63,297 bases of DNA, filler included, from Nemertoderma westbladi (GCA_032718475.1; 4 parts of 4 records of this genome joined end to end with filler, not necessarily neighbours in it); one strand, 5' to 3'. Shown: positions 1 to 13,879, counted from the first letter of the whole stretch. Notes: generated from the letters alone by a model not told the origin. Numbers and translations: made by a program.

Positions 1-354
1 ACCCGAACACCTGTAAAATAAAGGTTGGTGAATATGAAAAATACTGGTTGCTGAAAAATTGCGATTTGAAAAATAGTAGAAGTTACCTGTAGACATCCAA
101 ACACTTGTAAAATAAAGGCTTATGATTGGACGGATGAGTAGCGTTGGGTGACTAATAACGCCTCTAGCGGAAGATGCGGGAACTTGAGAAGTTGCCATGG
201 TTACGGATTAAATGCTGACATCTGATTGGTTGAAATAATAACGACCACCGCAAAAGGTTGAAATAGTGGCTTCTGATTGGACAGAGTACCAGAAATGGAC
301 GGTAATGATGGGCTACGGGTGACCATGAAGCAGTGTCATAGTATTGTATACTAC

Positions 355-945
355 TGTCGTCTACGGGTACACTTTCCATGTGTTGGTTGCCAGAAAAGTA
401 GATCTGGTATGACCTCGTCTTTACCTCTCCAGCAGTGCCCACTGAATCTTCAGGTGGTATAGTACCATAGAGCTCGCGTTTGTGTTGTCTCCCCCAGCTG
501 ACGTTTAGGGCTGCCCTTAGTAGTCTTGTGTAGCAACCATCAATTCGTTGTTCAAGTGATTTAGTCAGTGTCCAGGTCTCACCCCCGTATAAAAATACAC
601 TTTCCACTGTGGCTCGGAAGAACTTAGTCTTCAGGTGCCTGGAGAGATCTGATTTCCAGATGGTATCCATTTTTGATAGAGCTACCCAAGCCTTTGCTTT
701 CCTAACTTCTATGTCCTTTTTGCTACTCTCTATCCATGATCCAAGGTACTGGAAGTCCTCGACCTTCCTTAGTTGATTATTATCAATGGTTGTCAAGTTT
801 CCATTACCATTAAAAGTGCTGAGTTCGGTCTTTGTAGCATTTATATGCAATCCAACCTCATTAACAGCCTTCTCCATTTTATTCAGTAGAAGCTGCGTAT
901 CTGCTAGCGTATTAGAGAGCAGGGCGATGTCATCCGCAAAGTCGG
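355..945 (-). mobile_element. 5'-truncated non-LTR retrotransposon fragment (RT C-terminal half, RTE-like)
   Basis: ORF 164..979 contains DFADDIALL, FQYLGS, KAKAW and VESVFLYGGETW. After a frameshift, homology continues as HCWRGKDEVIPDLLFWQP. Boundaries approximate. Confidence 0.8.
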
Positions 946-1533
946 TGTGAAATTGTGAAATTGTTTTGTTTAATGACATATTCGTTAACGGTACCGGTAA
1001 TATTAGTTAAACACATTAAAATTTGCACTCAGCCATGCTAGATAAAAAGCACCACAGATATGTGCTGTGTAAATAATACTTAAATAAATAAGTGTCTGTG
1101 ACTGTAGTTGCCGGATATCTATTACTTCTGCGTTCTTGTAGTGTAAATCCCCACCAATATATGACTTACACGGAACACATTCAAATACAAGATTATAAAT
1201 TGTGGATAATAAATTAGTATATATTTGCAATGTTTGGATGATAAATTAAATATTTTTCTCAAAAATGTACATATGTTGTAAAATGGAAATAAATGTTATA
1301 GGAATTGCAGACTGAGTATATATCTAGTATATAAATATGTAGTAACATGGTATTTATGAACTATCAGTATTGATGTCATTATTACAGCGAAATTTAATTT
1401 ACTTTTTAAGAAAGTACGACAAATTTTCAATTTTCCAATTTTACAGTAGGTAATTAGTATCCTTATCCGTGATAAGGGGCCTACTCTGTTACTTCACTTA
1501 TTAATTATTAATAATATAATTTCGTATAATAAG

Positions 1534-2119
1534 TGTGAGCGTATTCAATTCCGCCACATCAAGCCCCATAAATTGAGGTTTAAGCAATATTGGAACTACA
1601 AGGTTGATTACCAATCAACCTTGTATCACCCCAATAAGCGGGGACAATAGGCCCCAAGGGAACACACACAGCGGGGGTCAGAGGTTATACCTCCGGGAGA
1701 GAGAGAGAGATAGCAGCGGGGGGGGGGGGGGGGGGAGCACACCCAAGGGAGGTAAAAGGGCGACAACAGGGTTATTAGCCAATGGGGGGAAGGCATCGGC
1801 TGAGTAGTGTTATGCGGCCAACCGTGCAATATATATTACCAGTCTTTATGTCATTTGTCCAGTTATCTCAATACAGTCACGGCAGTACGGTGACAATTAA
1901 GACCGTCATCGCCGTCACCAACTTACTGTATTTTACCGGTACATTCAGCTATCTCAGTGCATTCATGCTATCTGTTACTTCATTGTATACTATATATCTT
2001 ATTACCAAAGAACGTCGGAACAACAAGCAAACACAAACTCTTTTCCATCGAACGGTGCGGCCCTTGACGCGTACACAAACAACACCGGATAAACCGGGAT
2101 CCTCTCGGATCCCGTCACA
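1534..2119 (+). mobile_element. Solo LTR (same family as 57805..58356)
   Basis: TGT...ACA termini; colinear similarity to the PPT-preceded LTR at 57805..58356; CCAAT and TATA-like boxes; flanks ATAAG/ATAAA (4/5 match, candidate TSD). Confidence 0.75.
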
Positions 2120-3018
2120 ATAAACACGAAGCAACTTCATGTTTAACAAGTGAACAAGTTAAGTTGTTCATAATGTGGTTACTAGGCTGTTGAGCAAGTT
2201 GCGTAAAAAGTTGCGACGTGTAAACCAATTGAAATTTATGCGAAATTTTTAGGTTTGTTATAAATAGTATTACATTTTATTAACACATAATTTTGAAAAG
2301 TTGTCTGATACATTTATGCAGGGTGGCTATGTAGACACTCACAGAAAGTTTCAGACTAATTGCTCAAAAATTGTAGAAGTAGTAGGGTTTTGAAGTTGAC
2401 AATCTCATAAAAAAAATATTTTGAGATAATCGACCTTTCATTATACATAGTAATAGTAAATTCAATAGGAATCCCTAAATGGAAATTGTTATAACTTGAA
2501 AACTAAAAGGGCTATTGAATAGCGGTTTTCAGATTTGGAAACACGATTTAATCGTGAATTATAATATAAAAATTCGACATATTTTTAACCAAAATGGTGT
2601 ACTACCCCCCCCCCCCCCCCCCCCCTTAAATTTTTACTTTTTGTTTCTTAATGGTTAGTTACCTTGTTGATATGTAAATTTCACGTTGCTAAGTAAAAAG
2701 TATGAAATTGAAAGTGATCCGCATAATATATTTTACAAACTTTTTTGGTGATAATAGGAAAATAAAATTGAATAAAACAAATTTGGGTTTGCATGAATTA
2801 CGATCCTCTCTTACTTACTTATTACTTAATAGTAACCCTCTATTTTTTTCTAGATTGATTGGACTAAAAGGGCCTACCTATAAACCTTATTTTAGTTTAC
2901 ATCTTAAATAAAAATTAACAAATTACAAACCCTATATTACATTTATAATATGTATTAGATTATATGCAGTGTATTTAAGTATAGGCCTATACACTTTGCA
3001 ATAATATGTATTAATAAA

Positions 3019-3693
3019 CTACCCCAAGGCAGAATTTGGATTCTGCAAACGCAGTTCAAACTTAGCAGTTCTCTCCCTATCGATAACCTCTAGTTCTCTT
3101 ATAAGTTTACTGATCTCGATGTTTATAGAACTCCTGTATTGCTTTCCTTTACCTAAACGTTCCATCTCATCAAGGAATTTTATTCTCTCTTCTATTTCTT
3201 CAACAAGTTCCTCGAAACGATCGACGACAGTCACCTCCTCGTGGTCGCTCATCGGTTCCGGTTCAACGACCTTACTAGAGGGTTCGATATCCTGTCCGTA
3301 AGCCATTAGGTTGGCGAGTTTTACTTTCTGGAGTTCCCTATCTACCAGCGGCGCGGCCCGGAATTTATCCCGCTCGTAGGCACCGGTGTTGCGAATCGCA
3401 TCGCGGGTTCGCTTGTTGCCGAGTATTTGTGCCGGTTTCCGTACGACCGGCACCCGTTCCATGTGCCCACGGGTCTCTGAGGTGGTGGGTTGACATCGGT
3501 TCGGTAGACTCGAACCCGAGTCCAATTGTTTGCTCAGTTGACGACGCTGAAAGTTTGTTAGTTTCGATTCTTCCATCATCGTTCGCAGTAGGTCTCGAGT
3601 TTGGTTACTAAACTCAACTTTAGAGGCCGGGGACCAAATACCTCCGATTGATGGACCACGACCACCTCGGTTGTTGGGGTTCGAGTTGGACAT
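3019..3693 (-). CDS. C22orf23: UPF0193 protein EVG1 / C22orf23 homolog, 224 aa, single coding exon
   Basis: Motifs TRDLLRTMMEESKLTNFQRRQL, GAYERDKF, KLANLMAYG, DRFEELVEEIEER..FL.EME.LG.GK.Y...I..EIS..IRELE.ID are characteristic of UPF0193. ATG at 3693. Confidence 0.85.
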   Translation of the reverse strand: MSNSNPNNRGGRGPSIGGIWSPASKVEFSNQTRDLLRTMMEESKLTNFQRRQLSKQLDSGSSLPNRCQPTTSETRGHMERVPVVRKPAQILGNKRTRDAIRNTGAYERDKFRAAPLVDRELQKVKLANLMAYGQDIEPSSKVVEPEPMSDHEEVTVVDRFEELVEEIEERIKFLDEMERLGKGKQYRSSINIEISKLIRELEVIDRERTAKFELRLQNPNSALG

Positions 3694-5154
3694 CACGGTT
3701 CTGCCTGGCTGTTATATGTGTGTACAGTTCGATAGATTCTTGGAGCGTCTGGAAATGGCACCTATGGTTTAGTTAGTAGTTATTACCGGTATAATACAGT
3801 AGTTCAGTGTTAATCACTCTTCGCCGGCCAGCCGGCGCAGTGCTACATTTAGGTGGGGTGTGGAATTTCAATCTGGAGTTCAAATAAATAAGTTCTGTAC
3901 TCAGTAATGTAGGCCTATTGTTTTGTAGTGGCAATTATTGTGTTTCATTATCAGCTGTTTCTTTCTGGTGATCTGATAGGTGACCAAAAGATACCGGTAC
4001 AGTACCAGTAGAAATAATAAGGGAGTATGATAGCATCATTTTCGTTTCTAAGCAACCACCATGTGAGGATCAGCTGTGCTACAGATTGTCAGCTTGTATC
4101 GGCCAATCAACATGCAGACATGCAGTTCTTTTGTTGTGGTATTTCGTGCTGTATTACAGTATTCATTCAGTTATTATTGCAGTATGCTGGCTGACCGATA
4201 TATATCGAATAATGAATAACAGAATAATGCCGACTGCAGTAATGCACTGACATACTGATGATAGCGAACAGCTACCGCACCGGCACCGGTTATTGCTGGT
4301 TGCCTACAGACACTCTGACACTGAGACACAGAGGTCTGGAGGTGATTGATTAATTGATCAATATGCAGATAGCTGGATAGGCAATAGGCATAGGCCTACA
4401 TATTTTTATAGCTAATTTTGAATAGGGCGACAGGACGAGACGAGGTCACTCCAGCTCCAGTACTCACAATTAGCACCAGTTGACTGTTGTGCATTTCGAC
4501 ATAATAAATACTTTCTGACGCTACACTGCTAAATCTCGGCCGCGCAGCCTAGTTACTGAATTACCTAAACCCGCTGATGTGCTGTACTTTTGTAGTACTA
4601 CCATCCGTAGTCTGGCAGTAGTACCAGAACCAAATCAAGTAATTGCCTGTAGGCCTACAACGAAGTCTTACAGTCTTAGTCATCCTGGTGAAATGGAATG
4701 TGCTGCTTCTGGTGCTGCTATGCTACTGTATAGGCAGGGGCGGCTGCTGGACTGTACGATGCAGTTTTCTTTATTATCTATCTGAACTATAATCATTCAT
4801 TACCTTTCTGCCTTGGCGTAGTGGTTAACAACAAAACAAATCACATCGAATACCCAAAAAATTAACAAAACCAAATGTCACCAAATCACACCATAGGCCT
4901 ACATAATCACATCAAATCACAAAAAATTTAATTAAAAAGTAATGTATCACCGGAGCAGGTTAGTGGCAACCCCAACCAGAAGTCTGAACCGAAACAATAG
5001 CCATCGGCGTCCCTAAACTGAATTTAATCCTTCACACATTTATATCTTTCTCCATAAACCACAAATGTCAGTTTCTTTTTAGAATACCTTACTGCCTTAC
5101 ATTGTATATTGTTATGTACAGTGCAGTCAGTAAGTGTGGATTAAACACCATATA

Positions 5155-6063
5155 CACCATGTCCCGTAATATAGTGTCATTTTCTGATGACACGGACCCC
5201 CCCCCCCCCCCAGATTTTTCTACAAATCTTTATCATAATGCTTGAAATTTGAAACATGACTAGTTCCACTCACCGTCGATGACCATCATGAAGCCGGAAT
5301 TTTCGATTTTGCCTTTTTATTTTTTTTTTATAAGCGTTTTAAAAAAGTGTCTTTTGCGAAATCGCACCCTCCGTATCGTGGCCATTCTTCACATTAGTCG
5401 TAATTTTTTCATATCATTAAACAGCTTGCGTTGCAAGGATTCCAAATATGTAACAATATCGGAATTTCGTTGAGAAACAGCTGAGATACAGGCGTTCAAT
5501 GATTGCAAGAATTATTGTTCGCTGCAGGCCATTTATTCTATCTAATAAATACACAAAATTCTAGAACGTGTTATTTATTTTATGAGTTGGTTGGCAACAG
5601 CGGTATTCCTATCCAATATATCTATTGCGTAGCTATTCATAAATTAACAAAATATTCCAGAACATCGTTTATTTATTAAATAGAATAAATGGCCTTCAGC
5701 GAATGATCGTTCTTTGTAATCTTTGAACGCCTATTCCTCAGCTGTTTCTCAACGAAATTCAGATATTGTTACATATTTGGAATCCTTGCAACGCAAGCTT
5801 TTTAATGATATGAAAGATTCTTCACTAATGTGAAGAATGGCCACGATGCGGAGGGTGCGATTTCGCAAAAGACACTTTTTAAAACGCTTATAAAAAAATT
5901 TAAAGGCAAAATCGAAAATTCCGGCTTCATGGGACAATCGACGGTGAGTGGAACTAGTTATGTTTCAAATTTCAAGCAATATGATAAAGATTTGTAGAAA
6001 AATCTGGGGGGGGGGGGGGTGTCCGTGTCATCAGAAAATGACACTATAATACTGGACATGGTG
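5155..6063. mobile_element. Palindromic foldback/MITE element with TA TSD (Tc1/mariner-type)
   Basis: Ends CACCATGTCC...GGACATGGTG flanked by TA on both sides. Two ~420-bp arms are reverse complements, which explains the mirrored ORFs 5279+ and 5749-. Confidence 0.85.
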
Positions 6064-6375
6064 TATATTGTCAACGTGCCTTGTTATTTTTAATTTTGTG
6101 TTACATAGGTTTTTATTTGATTTGATGTTCAACTGTGAAATTAAAAGTTCCAGTTCCAGCCTAAACGATTTGAAATAAATCGGTAATAATTAAAATTCTT
6201 TGAGTAGGCCTACCGGTAATCTGTTATGAATTGGTTTATAGATTTGGCTGTTTGTTGTGATTTCGGTGTATAGACGGACCGATCTGTTTGTCTGTATCAT
6301 GTACAGCTGCACAGTATGTTATTTAAGCCATATCACTATTAGTTAGGTTTCGATAAAATATTATACAATTTCCAA

Positions 6376-7931
6376 ATGGAAGATTTTGATTATCCTGATA
6401 TGGATTCGTCGTCTTTGCTCATACCGTTTGAAGTAGAAAACGTGACAGGGACTACGGATTCGTCAGTCATCAACGATGTCGGCACGTCTACTTCTAGTGG
6501 ACCGGTACCGGCATGTTTGTTTAAACCTATTGTGGGGTTCCTCGACTACCAGGAATCTAGGCACTCGATATTGGATCCAGTAGACGAAGGCATACAAATT
6601 GGGGAAATCTTCGAAAACTCTAGTAACACCAGTTTCACATGTGAGTCGAATAATATTAGGCCTACTAGTTCGAGTTCTGATAATATGTTTAGTAATACGA
6701 ACAGTGTTGGTGAAGCTAACGTTACATCGGAACCCCAATGCCCAGTCTGCGATATGGTTTTCCACTCTGTTGACGTTTTGGATATACACACCGGAGCGAA
6801 GAACTGCATTCAATCACAGATCGAAAAACCTAAACCTAATCTTTGTAAAATCTGCAATAAGGCGTTTAGTACTGAGGGTAATCTGCGGCGTCACGAATCT
6901 GCGCGGCACTTCGCCAACAAGCTCTACGTCTGCGACATTTGTTTGCGGGCTTTCCTGCGAAGCGATTACCTCGCTTCGCACAAACTCACCCACAGCCGAA
7001 AGAAACCGTTCGCATGCACCGAATGCAACGCCCTATTCCGACAGCGAAACCACGTGTGGCGCCATCTAGAGACGCACGCGCACATCGCCCGTCGCTTCTG
7101 CTGCACCATCTGTGGTAAACGCTTCGTCAACCGACAGAACCTCCTCGCGCACAAACAGACGCACGCCTACGCCGCAGTGCCACAGCGCTCGCTCTCTGCG
7201 CTCGTCTGTGTTGGTTGCGGGTATCGCGAGCGCAGTGCCGTGCGAATGGCGCGACATGTGCGCGGCTGTCTCAACGTCGCCCTCTACATCTGCGACGAAT
7301 GCCTCGCTGTGTTCGTCTCTCCAGGAAATCTATCCAATCACAAGATCTCCCGTCACTCTTCCCGTCGGAGGTACCTTTGTCGCGTCTGCGGCGCAGCGTT
7401 CAACCGCTCCTACAACCGTGACCGCCACTCCTACGTGGCGCACAGCTCCCAGACAGTCGTTCCGTCAGGGAGCGACTGGGTTTGCCAGTCCGGAACTCCG
7501 ACTTGGTCCGCTCTCGTCGACAGACATCCAGACACTAAATCGGAACCTCCGAGATCCCACAGAATTAATCTAACACAGTTCGCCTCCCAATTCCTCAACC
7601 AAACAACTCCCTCACAACAGGTCAACGTTAATAATTCAAGACTAATAATAGCTGCCATCCCAACCAACTCAAATTCAACCAGTCCCAGTGTCCCACTAGC
7701 AGGGACAACTAATGTAGCGCCGCCTAGAAGCAGTGCAGAGGTTGACGTAGCAGTTGCACCTAGAGATAGCACAGAGATTAGCATAGCAACACCCCCTACT
7801 GACTGCAGCATAGTAGCGCCCACTAGCGGGCGAGTAGATAGTGTGATCGCGCCTCGCAAGATGCGAGGCCCAATGTCTGGCCCAATGAGGCTCTATGTCT
7901 GTGATTCATGTGGTAAAGCGTTTACTAGAAG
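6376..7931 (+). CDS. C2H2 zinc-finger protein, coding exon 1 of join(6376..7931,14694..14897,15491..15515), ~594 aa
   Basis: Multiple CxxC-x12-HxxxH fingers. The exon ends mid-finger (YVCDSCGKAFTR) at a consensus AG|GTAAGT donor, phase 2. Confidence 0.9.
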
Positions 7932-8384
7932 GTAAGTCGTTGAGTTCAATTAATACTTTTACTTTATTAGTATTACTTGTTACTACCAATTTTTTTGTTT
8001 AATGAGGTTTTATTTTTTGTCCAATGAATAAACCGCGATAATAATAATAATAATAAATCATTCTAATAAATTTAAATTTTAAATAAATTTAAAATAATAA
8101 ATCAACCGCGCTTATGCCATGTATCGGTTCTAAAGCGCTGTTAAATTCCAAAGATTGTGTCTGAAAGTTTAGTTTTTTTAGTTTTGAAAAACCCTATTAA
8201 AGATTTCGGCTTTTAGAAGGCTGCGGAAAGTTGTCAGATCAGTGGCGGTTCGAGTTTGAAAATGGAGACTGTTGAAGACTGTTGGAACTGCATAACTGAA
8301 TGATGGGGCGCCGAAGGTTTTCAGTTTGAAATTGATAATGGTAATTTCAAATAATTGGTAATAGGTAACACCCTACCTACCTTA

Positions 8385-8735
8385 CTGATCTAGACTTTGC
8401 TGATGACTTAGAAGTACTGTCAGAATCACTAGAGGGATCCAAAATGTCCCAAGCTCATTGGAGCAGGCTGCTTCTTAAGAAAGGTCTGATAGTATGACCA
8501 TAAGCTCCAGGGATGGTTTGCTTGAGCATGTGGACGGCTTCTGTTACCTGGGATCATGGAACCAAAGTCAGGTGAAGACCTTCGGATACGTAAGGGAAAG
8601 GCATGGGCAGCGTTAAATAGTCTGTCCAGGATTTGGAGGTCCCATAGAATAAAATGGAACCTTAAGTTTCGATTATTTATAGCAGCAGTAGTACCAGTAT
8701 ACTCTTATATGGGAGTCCATGCTGGGCTCTAACTG
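8385..8735 (+). mobile_element. Degenerate RTE-like RT fragment (intronic)
   Basis: Remnants LDFADDL, FCYLGSW and IRKGKAWAALNSLSRIW with stops; similar to 355..945. Confidence 0.65.
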
Positions 8736-9130
8736 CAGAGTATTGTTTGAATAGTACAGTATAGAGCCTGTAATGGGGGGACGCATTACAGGGGGACATT
8801 TCCTGCTTGTTTTTGTATCTCATGACATATGATATCTTTTATACAGTGGCACGTTATTTTAACCAAAACAATAAACTAAATACAATAGAACAGGTTACAG
8901 TTTTATCTTTGAGAGTAATCAGCTGTTATTTGCGTCGAATTTCCCCTGAATTTTATAATGTTTGGGCAAGTTGAAAAGCCCGCCAAATTTCATTTTCAAA
9001 AATACGAACCAATAAGACTTAATGTTTCTTGGGAATATTTTATTAACATTTAAGTGGCATTACAGGGGCAGGGGGGGGGGGGGGGGGCAAGCGACACACC
9101 CCGACTTCATAATTTTTAACTACCACTATA

Positions 9131-9982
9131 CACCATGTCCCAGAAAATAGTGTCGCAATTCAGTGACACGCCCCCCCCCCCCCCCCCCTAATTTTTCTAC
9201 AAATCTTAATGAGATTGCATGAAATTTGAAACAGAGATAGTTTCACCTCCCGACCACTGACTGGGTGAGCCAGAATTTTTATTTTTGCTTTCAATCTTTA
9301 GCCACAAGCGTTTAAAAAAAGTGTCTCCAGCGATATTACACCAGTTACACCGCAGTTATTCTTCTACCTTATAGCTGTTTGTTGGTGCCAATGGAAAGCT
9401 GGTCATGCAAGGATTCCAAATATGTAACACAATTTGAATTTCGTTGAAAAATAGCTGAGATATGAGCGTTCAAATGTTGCATGGTTATGCAACGACGCAA
9501 GGCTATTTTATTCTATTTAATAAATAAACCATATTCTGGAACATTTTTTAAATGTATGAATAGCTACGTAATAGTATGATTAAAGAGGTATTGTATTGTT
9601 GCCCAGCTCCGTATTTGGATAAACAAAATATTCCAGATTATGATGTATTTATTAAATAGAATAAAATAGCCTTACATATTTACATAGTTACATATTTGGA
9701 ATCCTTGCAAGACCAGCTTTCCATTGGCACCAACAAACAGCTATAAGGTAGAAGAATAACTGCGGTGTAACTGGTGTAATATCGCTGGAGATACTTTTTT
9801 AAACGCTTGTAGCTAAAGATTGAAAGCAAAAATAACAATTCTGACTCACCCTGTCAGTGGTCGGGAGGTGAAACTATCTCTGTTTCAAATTTCATGCAAT
9901 CTCATTACGATTTGTAAAAAAATTAGGGGGGGGGGGGGGGGGCGTGTCACTGAATTACGACACTGTATTCTGGGACATGGTG
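9131..9982. mobile_element. Second palindromic foldback MITE of the CACCATGTCC family, TA TSD
   Basis: TA-CACCATGTCCCAG...CTGGGACATGGTG-TA; long inverted arms; recognisable similarity to 5155..6063. Confidence 0.85.
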
Positions 9983-10818
9983 TACGAATATACTCACATG
10001 CCGTTGGCTGAAATTTTGTCAGCGAGCATTGGATAGATGGTTCTTTCATATAGGGATGTCCCTGAATCGATATTTTGATTCCGGCCGGAACCGGAATTCA
10101 ACATGCTGGAATATTCCGGCCGGAACCGGAATTTTCTATAATTAGTGAAATACACTAAATGACCCAGGAAATTTTATAATTTTTTATGAAACAAATGCAT
10201 TTTTTTAATTTCTACAGTAAGTTTGTTAATGAGATTAATCAGAACCTTGGGGGAATTAAGGTGGGTGGAGTGGAGAATGACCTGAGCTGTTACGGCCTAT
10301 CGCGTCATTAGGTCCTTTGGTGCAATATCCTGGTGTCTTTAAGGAAAAGGAGCATGTTACTGTGACATGTTATTCGAACCAAAACAATAAACGAGCCAAA
10401 TAGTACATGTTACAGTTTAATTATTGCTGGGAATAAATAGATTTATGGTAAGAAATGGATTTGCTGTAAATAGAAATTAAACTACTATATTATGCAGCAC
10501 CTACGACGCAGAACTGAACTAACGACAACTCGCAGGACCTGTACGTATTGTAATAACGTTTTATATTTATATTAGTTTTAGGTTAAAGTAGTAATTGTAA
10601 TTGTGTTAATCGTTAATCGAGTTTCATTGCTAACTTTAGAAGGTTAGCAATTTATTTAGCCTCCTGTAATTATCATATTATTTAATAATTAATGCAAAGG
10701 AAAATAATATAAAATCAATGTAAAATAATTTAAATTCAATGTAAAATATTGTAAGATCAATGTAAAATCAATCTAAAAAACGCCATTTTATAAGCAAATT
10801 GGAAAAACCACCCGCTAA

Positions 10819-11133
10819 GGCCCGTGCTCCACTGGTAAGTCTTTTGTAGTCTTAGTCAGAATAAATTATGGAACACATTGGTTTCAATGTTAGCGTCTCC
10901 ACTGGTAAATCGTAAGTTATGACTGTGATTATGTCCCATGTTCCATCTTTTGACATATGAATCATGTGTTATATCCGGCAAGATGCCTCTGATTGGTTAC
11001 TTGGGTATAAATATGCAGTAAATGTGAGTCGCATCTTATATTTTTTATCAAATGACTTATGACTTATCATTTTGAGATTCTGACTAAGACAATATCTGAA
11101 AACGACTTACGACTTACCAGTGGAGCACGGGCC
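10819..11133. mobile_element. PIF/Harbinger (Tourist-like) MITE
   Basis: TIR GGCCCGTGCTCCACTGGTAAGTC and GACTTACCAGTGGAGCACGGGCC; 3-bp TAA TSD on both sides. Confidence 0.88.
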
Positions 11134-11167
11134 TAATGATGCATTTCATAAAATATCTTCAGAACAA

Positions 11168-13625
11168 TTTCAATTTCAATTTCAATTTATTATTATAATA
11201 TAAGATTCAATACATATAACGGCATAAACCTGCAGCCACCACCAAAATAGAGCTTTCATATTATAATTATGCACTACGTTTGTAGGCCTATACATACATA
11301 TGTTTGGTTGCGCTGCACCTTTACGCTAAATAAATTGTCGTACAACAGCTGGCAGTAGCGTAATGCTAGTCAAGGTCATCTGTTGTACAAAGAGGGCAAA
11401 GTAAAATAAAGAAATAAAGAAATAACAAAGAAATAAATTGCACAATTATTCTAAGACATAAGTTAAGAATATATTATGAAAATTTACCATATATGCGTAA
11501 TACTCTGGCTTTGTAGTAGTTTTTATTGTAGAATATAATTTGTATCTAGAGTAATTTATATATTCATATACATTTGTTAAAGCTTAATAATTTCCACCTG
11601 GTTAATGAAAGTAAACAGATATGGGAGTGCTGTATTTATTTAATAAAATAGATTTGTAGTTACTACATGTATTAACTTGAGTGATTCATAAGCAAAAAAA
11701 CTTAATCAGAGTTTATCGAGTAAATATTTCTTAAGGTGCTTTAAAAATATGGCTTTTGATTTTATTGCTCTAATGTCAGTTGGGAGATCATTCCAGATAG
11801 TCGGTCCTATTACTCCGATCGATTTGTGAGCTACTTCTAAACGGGTTAGGGGAATAACATATTTTCCTGTCAAAGCCGCACGGGTACTATATCGGTGCAT
11901 GGCAGAACATTTTCTAAAAAGGTGCGAGAGAGGGTGTGAGGGGTTATGTGATATGTCTAGCATTAGTTGGGAAACATGATAGACATATAGTGACTCCAAA
12001 GGTAGTATATTCATGGTTTTATATAGGGGATAAGCTGTTTGGCGGAAATGGCTAAAAGTGATAGCACGGATAATTTTATTAGTTTTGGTTTTAATTTTCA
12101 TTAAATCGCTCTTACATGCCGAACCCCAAGCCAAAATACCATATGTTAAGTATGGATGGATCAGTGTGAAGTAAAGAGTACGAAGTATGTCTGTCGGAAA
12201 AATATGTCGTAATTTATAAAAGATCCCAGTGCTTTTACTAATTTTCTTTAAAATATGCCCAATGTGTATTTTCCAGTTAAGCTTATCATCTATCCAGACA
12301 CCTAAAAACTTTGTACACTCTACTTTCTTTATAATATTGTCTTTAATTTTAACTTTGGGTAGGCCATCTAGGAAATAATTTTTGTTGAGTTCACTATTTG
12401 AAGATTCAATTAATAATTCAATATTGGAATCGTTATGCAGCAAGGTGGTGTCATCTGCAAAAAGGGTTGTCATAAATTTGGATACTAACGGCAGGTCATT
12501 TATATATAGTAAAAATAATAACGGAGATAACACCGATCCTTGTACAGTACCACATTTTAAAGATAGTGGGTCAGAAATTGTATCATTTATCACTACGACC
12601 TGCTTACGTTCGGTTAGAAAGCTTTTTATTAACGCATTAGGAGTTCCACGAATACCATAATTTTCGAGTTTTTTAATTAATATACTGTGGTCCAGCGTAT
12701 CAAACGCCTTTTTCAGGTCAATGTATATCGCGCAGCTGGTTTCTTTCGAATCAAGAAAAGTACGAATTTTCTCAGTCACAGTTAAAATAGCGCAGTAAGT
12801 TGAAACTTTCTTTCGAAATCCAAACTGGCATTTGGTGAGAATTGAAAAGTGATCCAGGTAAGAAATAAGCTGGTCGTAGATTATTTTTTCGTACAATTTT
12901 GTGAACACAGGTAAAATGGATATGGGCCGGTAGTTATTGGCATCAAGAGGGTCACCCCCTTTGTAGCTTGCAATTGTGCAGGGAATTCACCTGTAGTAAC
13001 AGCTAAGTTTATTAAGTACGTTAAGTGACGCGCTAATGGCTCCGCAACCAACTTAATAAGCGCGACCGGGAATGAATCGTTTGTTGAAGTATTGGGATTT
13101 AGTTGAAGGAGGTTGTAGTGCGTTTCAGCTACAGATGTTTCAATGAGGCAAAAATAATTTACTCGAGATTTCATATGTCTAGTGGGGTTGCGATTTGAGC
13201 GGGGTATTAGATTCGCCAGTTTAGATCCAATGGAAGAGAAGTGGGAATTTAGTTGCGCTGCTGTCTCTGATGTATTTACTGTGGTTTTAAACCCGTCTCT
13301 CGTCTGGTAATTAATTTTCAATGGGGCCGAAGTTTTTTTTCCCTTATTCATAGCAGAGTTAATTACCTTCCATGTCTTCGCCATATTTCCCTTAGCGTTA
13401 TCAAATTGCAAGGAAAAGTATGATTTCTCAGCTGCCCGCAAGGTCGAGGTTAGCACATTTTTATACCGTTTGTATTGTGAAACATTTTCATTGGACGGTT
13501 TTTTAATTGTTTAATATATAATTTGTTTTTTTTCACAATGCACTTAAGTAACTTTTCATTTAGCCATGGTTTTTTTGGCAAATTCTTTTTATGTATTATT
13601 TTCTTTGGTAAATGTTTGTTGCATA
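11168..13625 (-). mobile_element. 5'-truncated, frameshifted CR1/L2-group LINE
   Basis: ORFs 12881..13456 and 11706..12908 (QFGFR, DLKKAFD, QGSVLSPLLF, FADD, FLGV). The 3' end has AATAAA followed by a (GAAATT)n tail at ~11168-11190. 5' boundary approximate. Confidence 0.88.
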
Positions 13626-13879
13626 ACCCTTCAAGGGACAGAACGACCTTTGTCAGAACGACAAAGGGTTTAATTAGTTAATGTAAATTAAAAGGGTTAT
13701 TTTGAATTGAATTGTATATTAATACTACTTAAGTGGTGTAACAGATGGTGGGACCATTTAGTTTGATTACCAGGTAAAAAAATTTTGGAAATGTGTTACA
13801 TACCCATCAAGACTGAATTCACTGTAATAAACAGGGTGGCTGTGAATTTTCCCTCGTTAGATAGGTTAGTTAGGTTCCA

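Noticed and set aside
2250-2629. Kolobok/piggyBac-like end (poly-C followed by TTAA)
   Set aside because: No matching opposite terminus or TSD found in the window.
4812-4830. tRNA-like TGGCGTAGTGGTTAA
   Set aside because: Isolated A-box-like motif; no B box or cloverleaf.
5279-5937. Pair of near-identical convergent small ORFs
   Set aside because: Mirror images produced by the arms of the foldback MITE.
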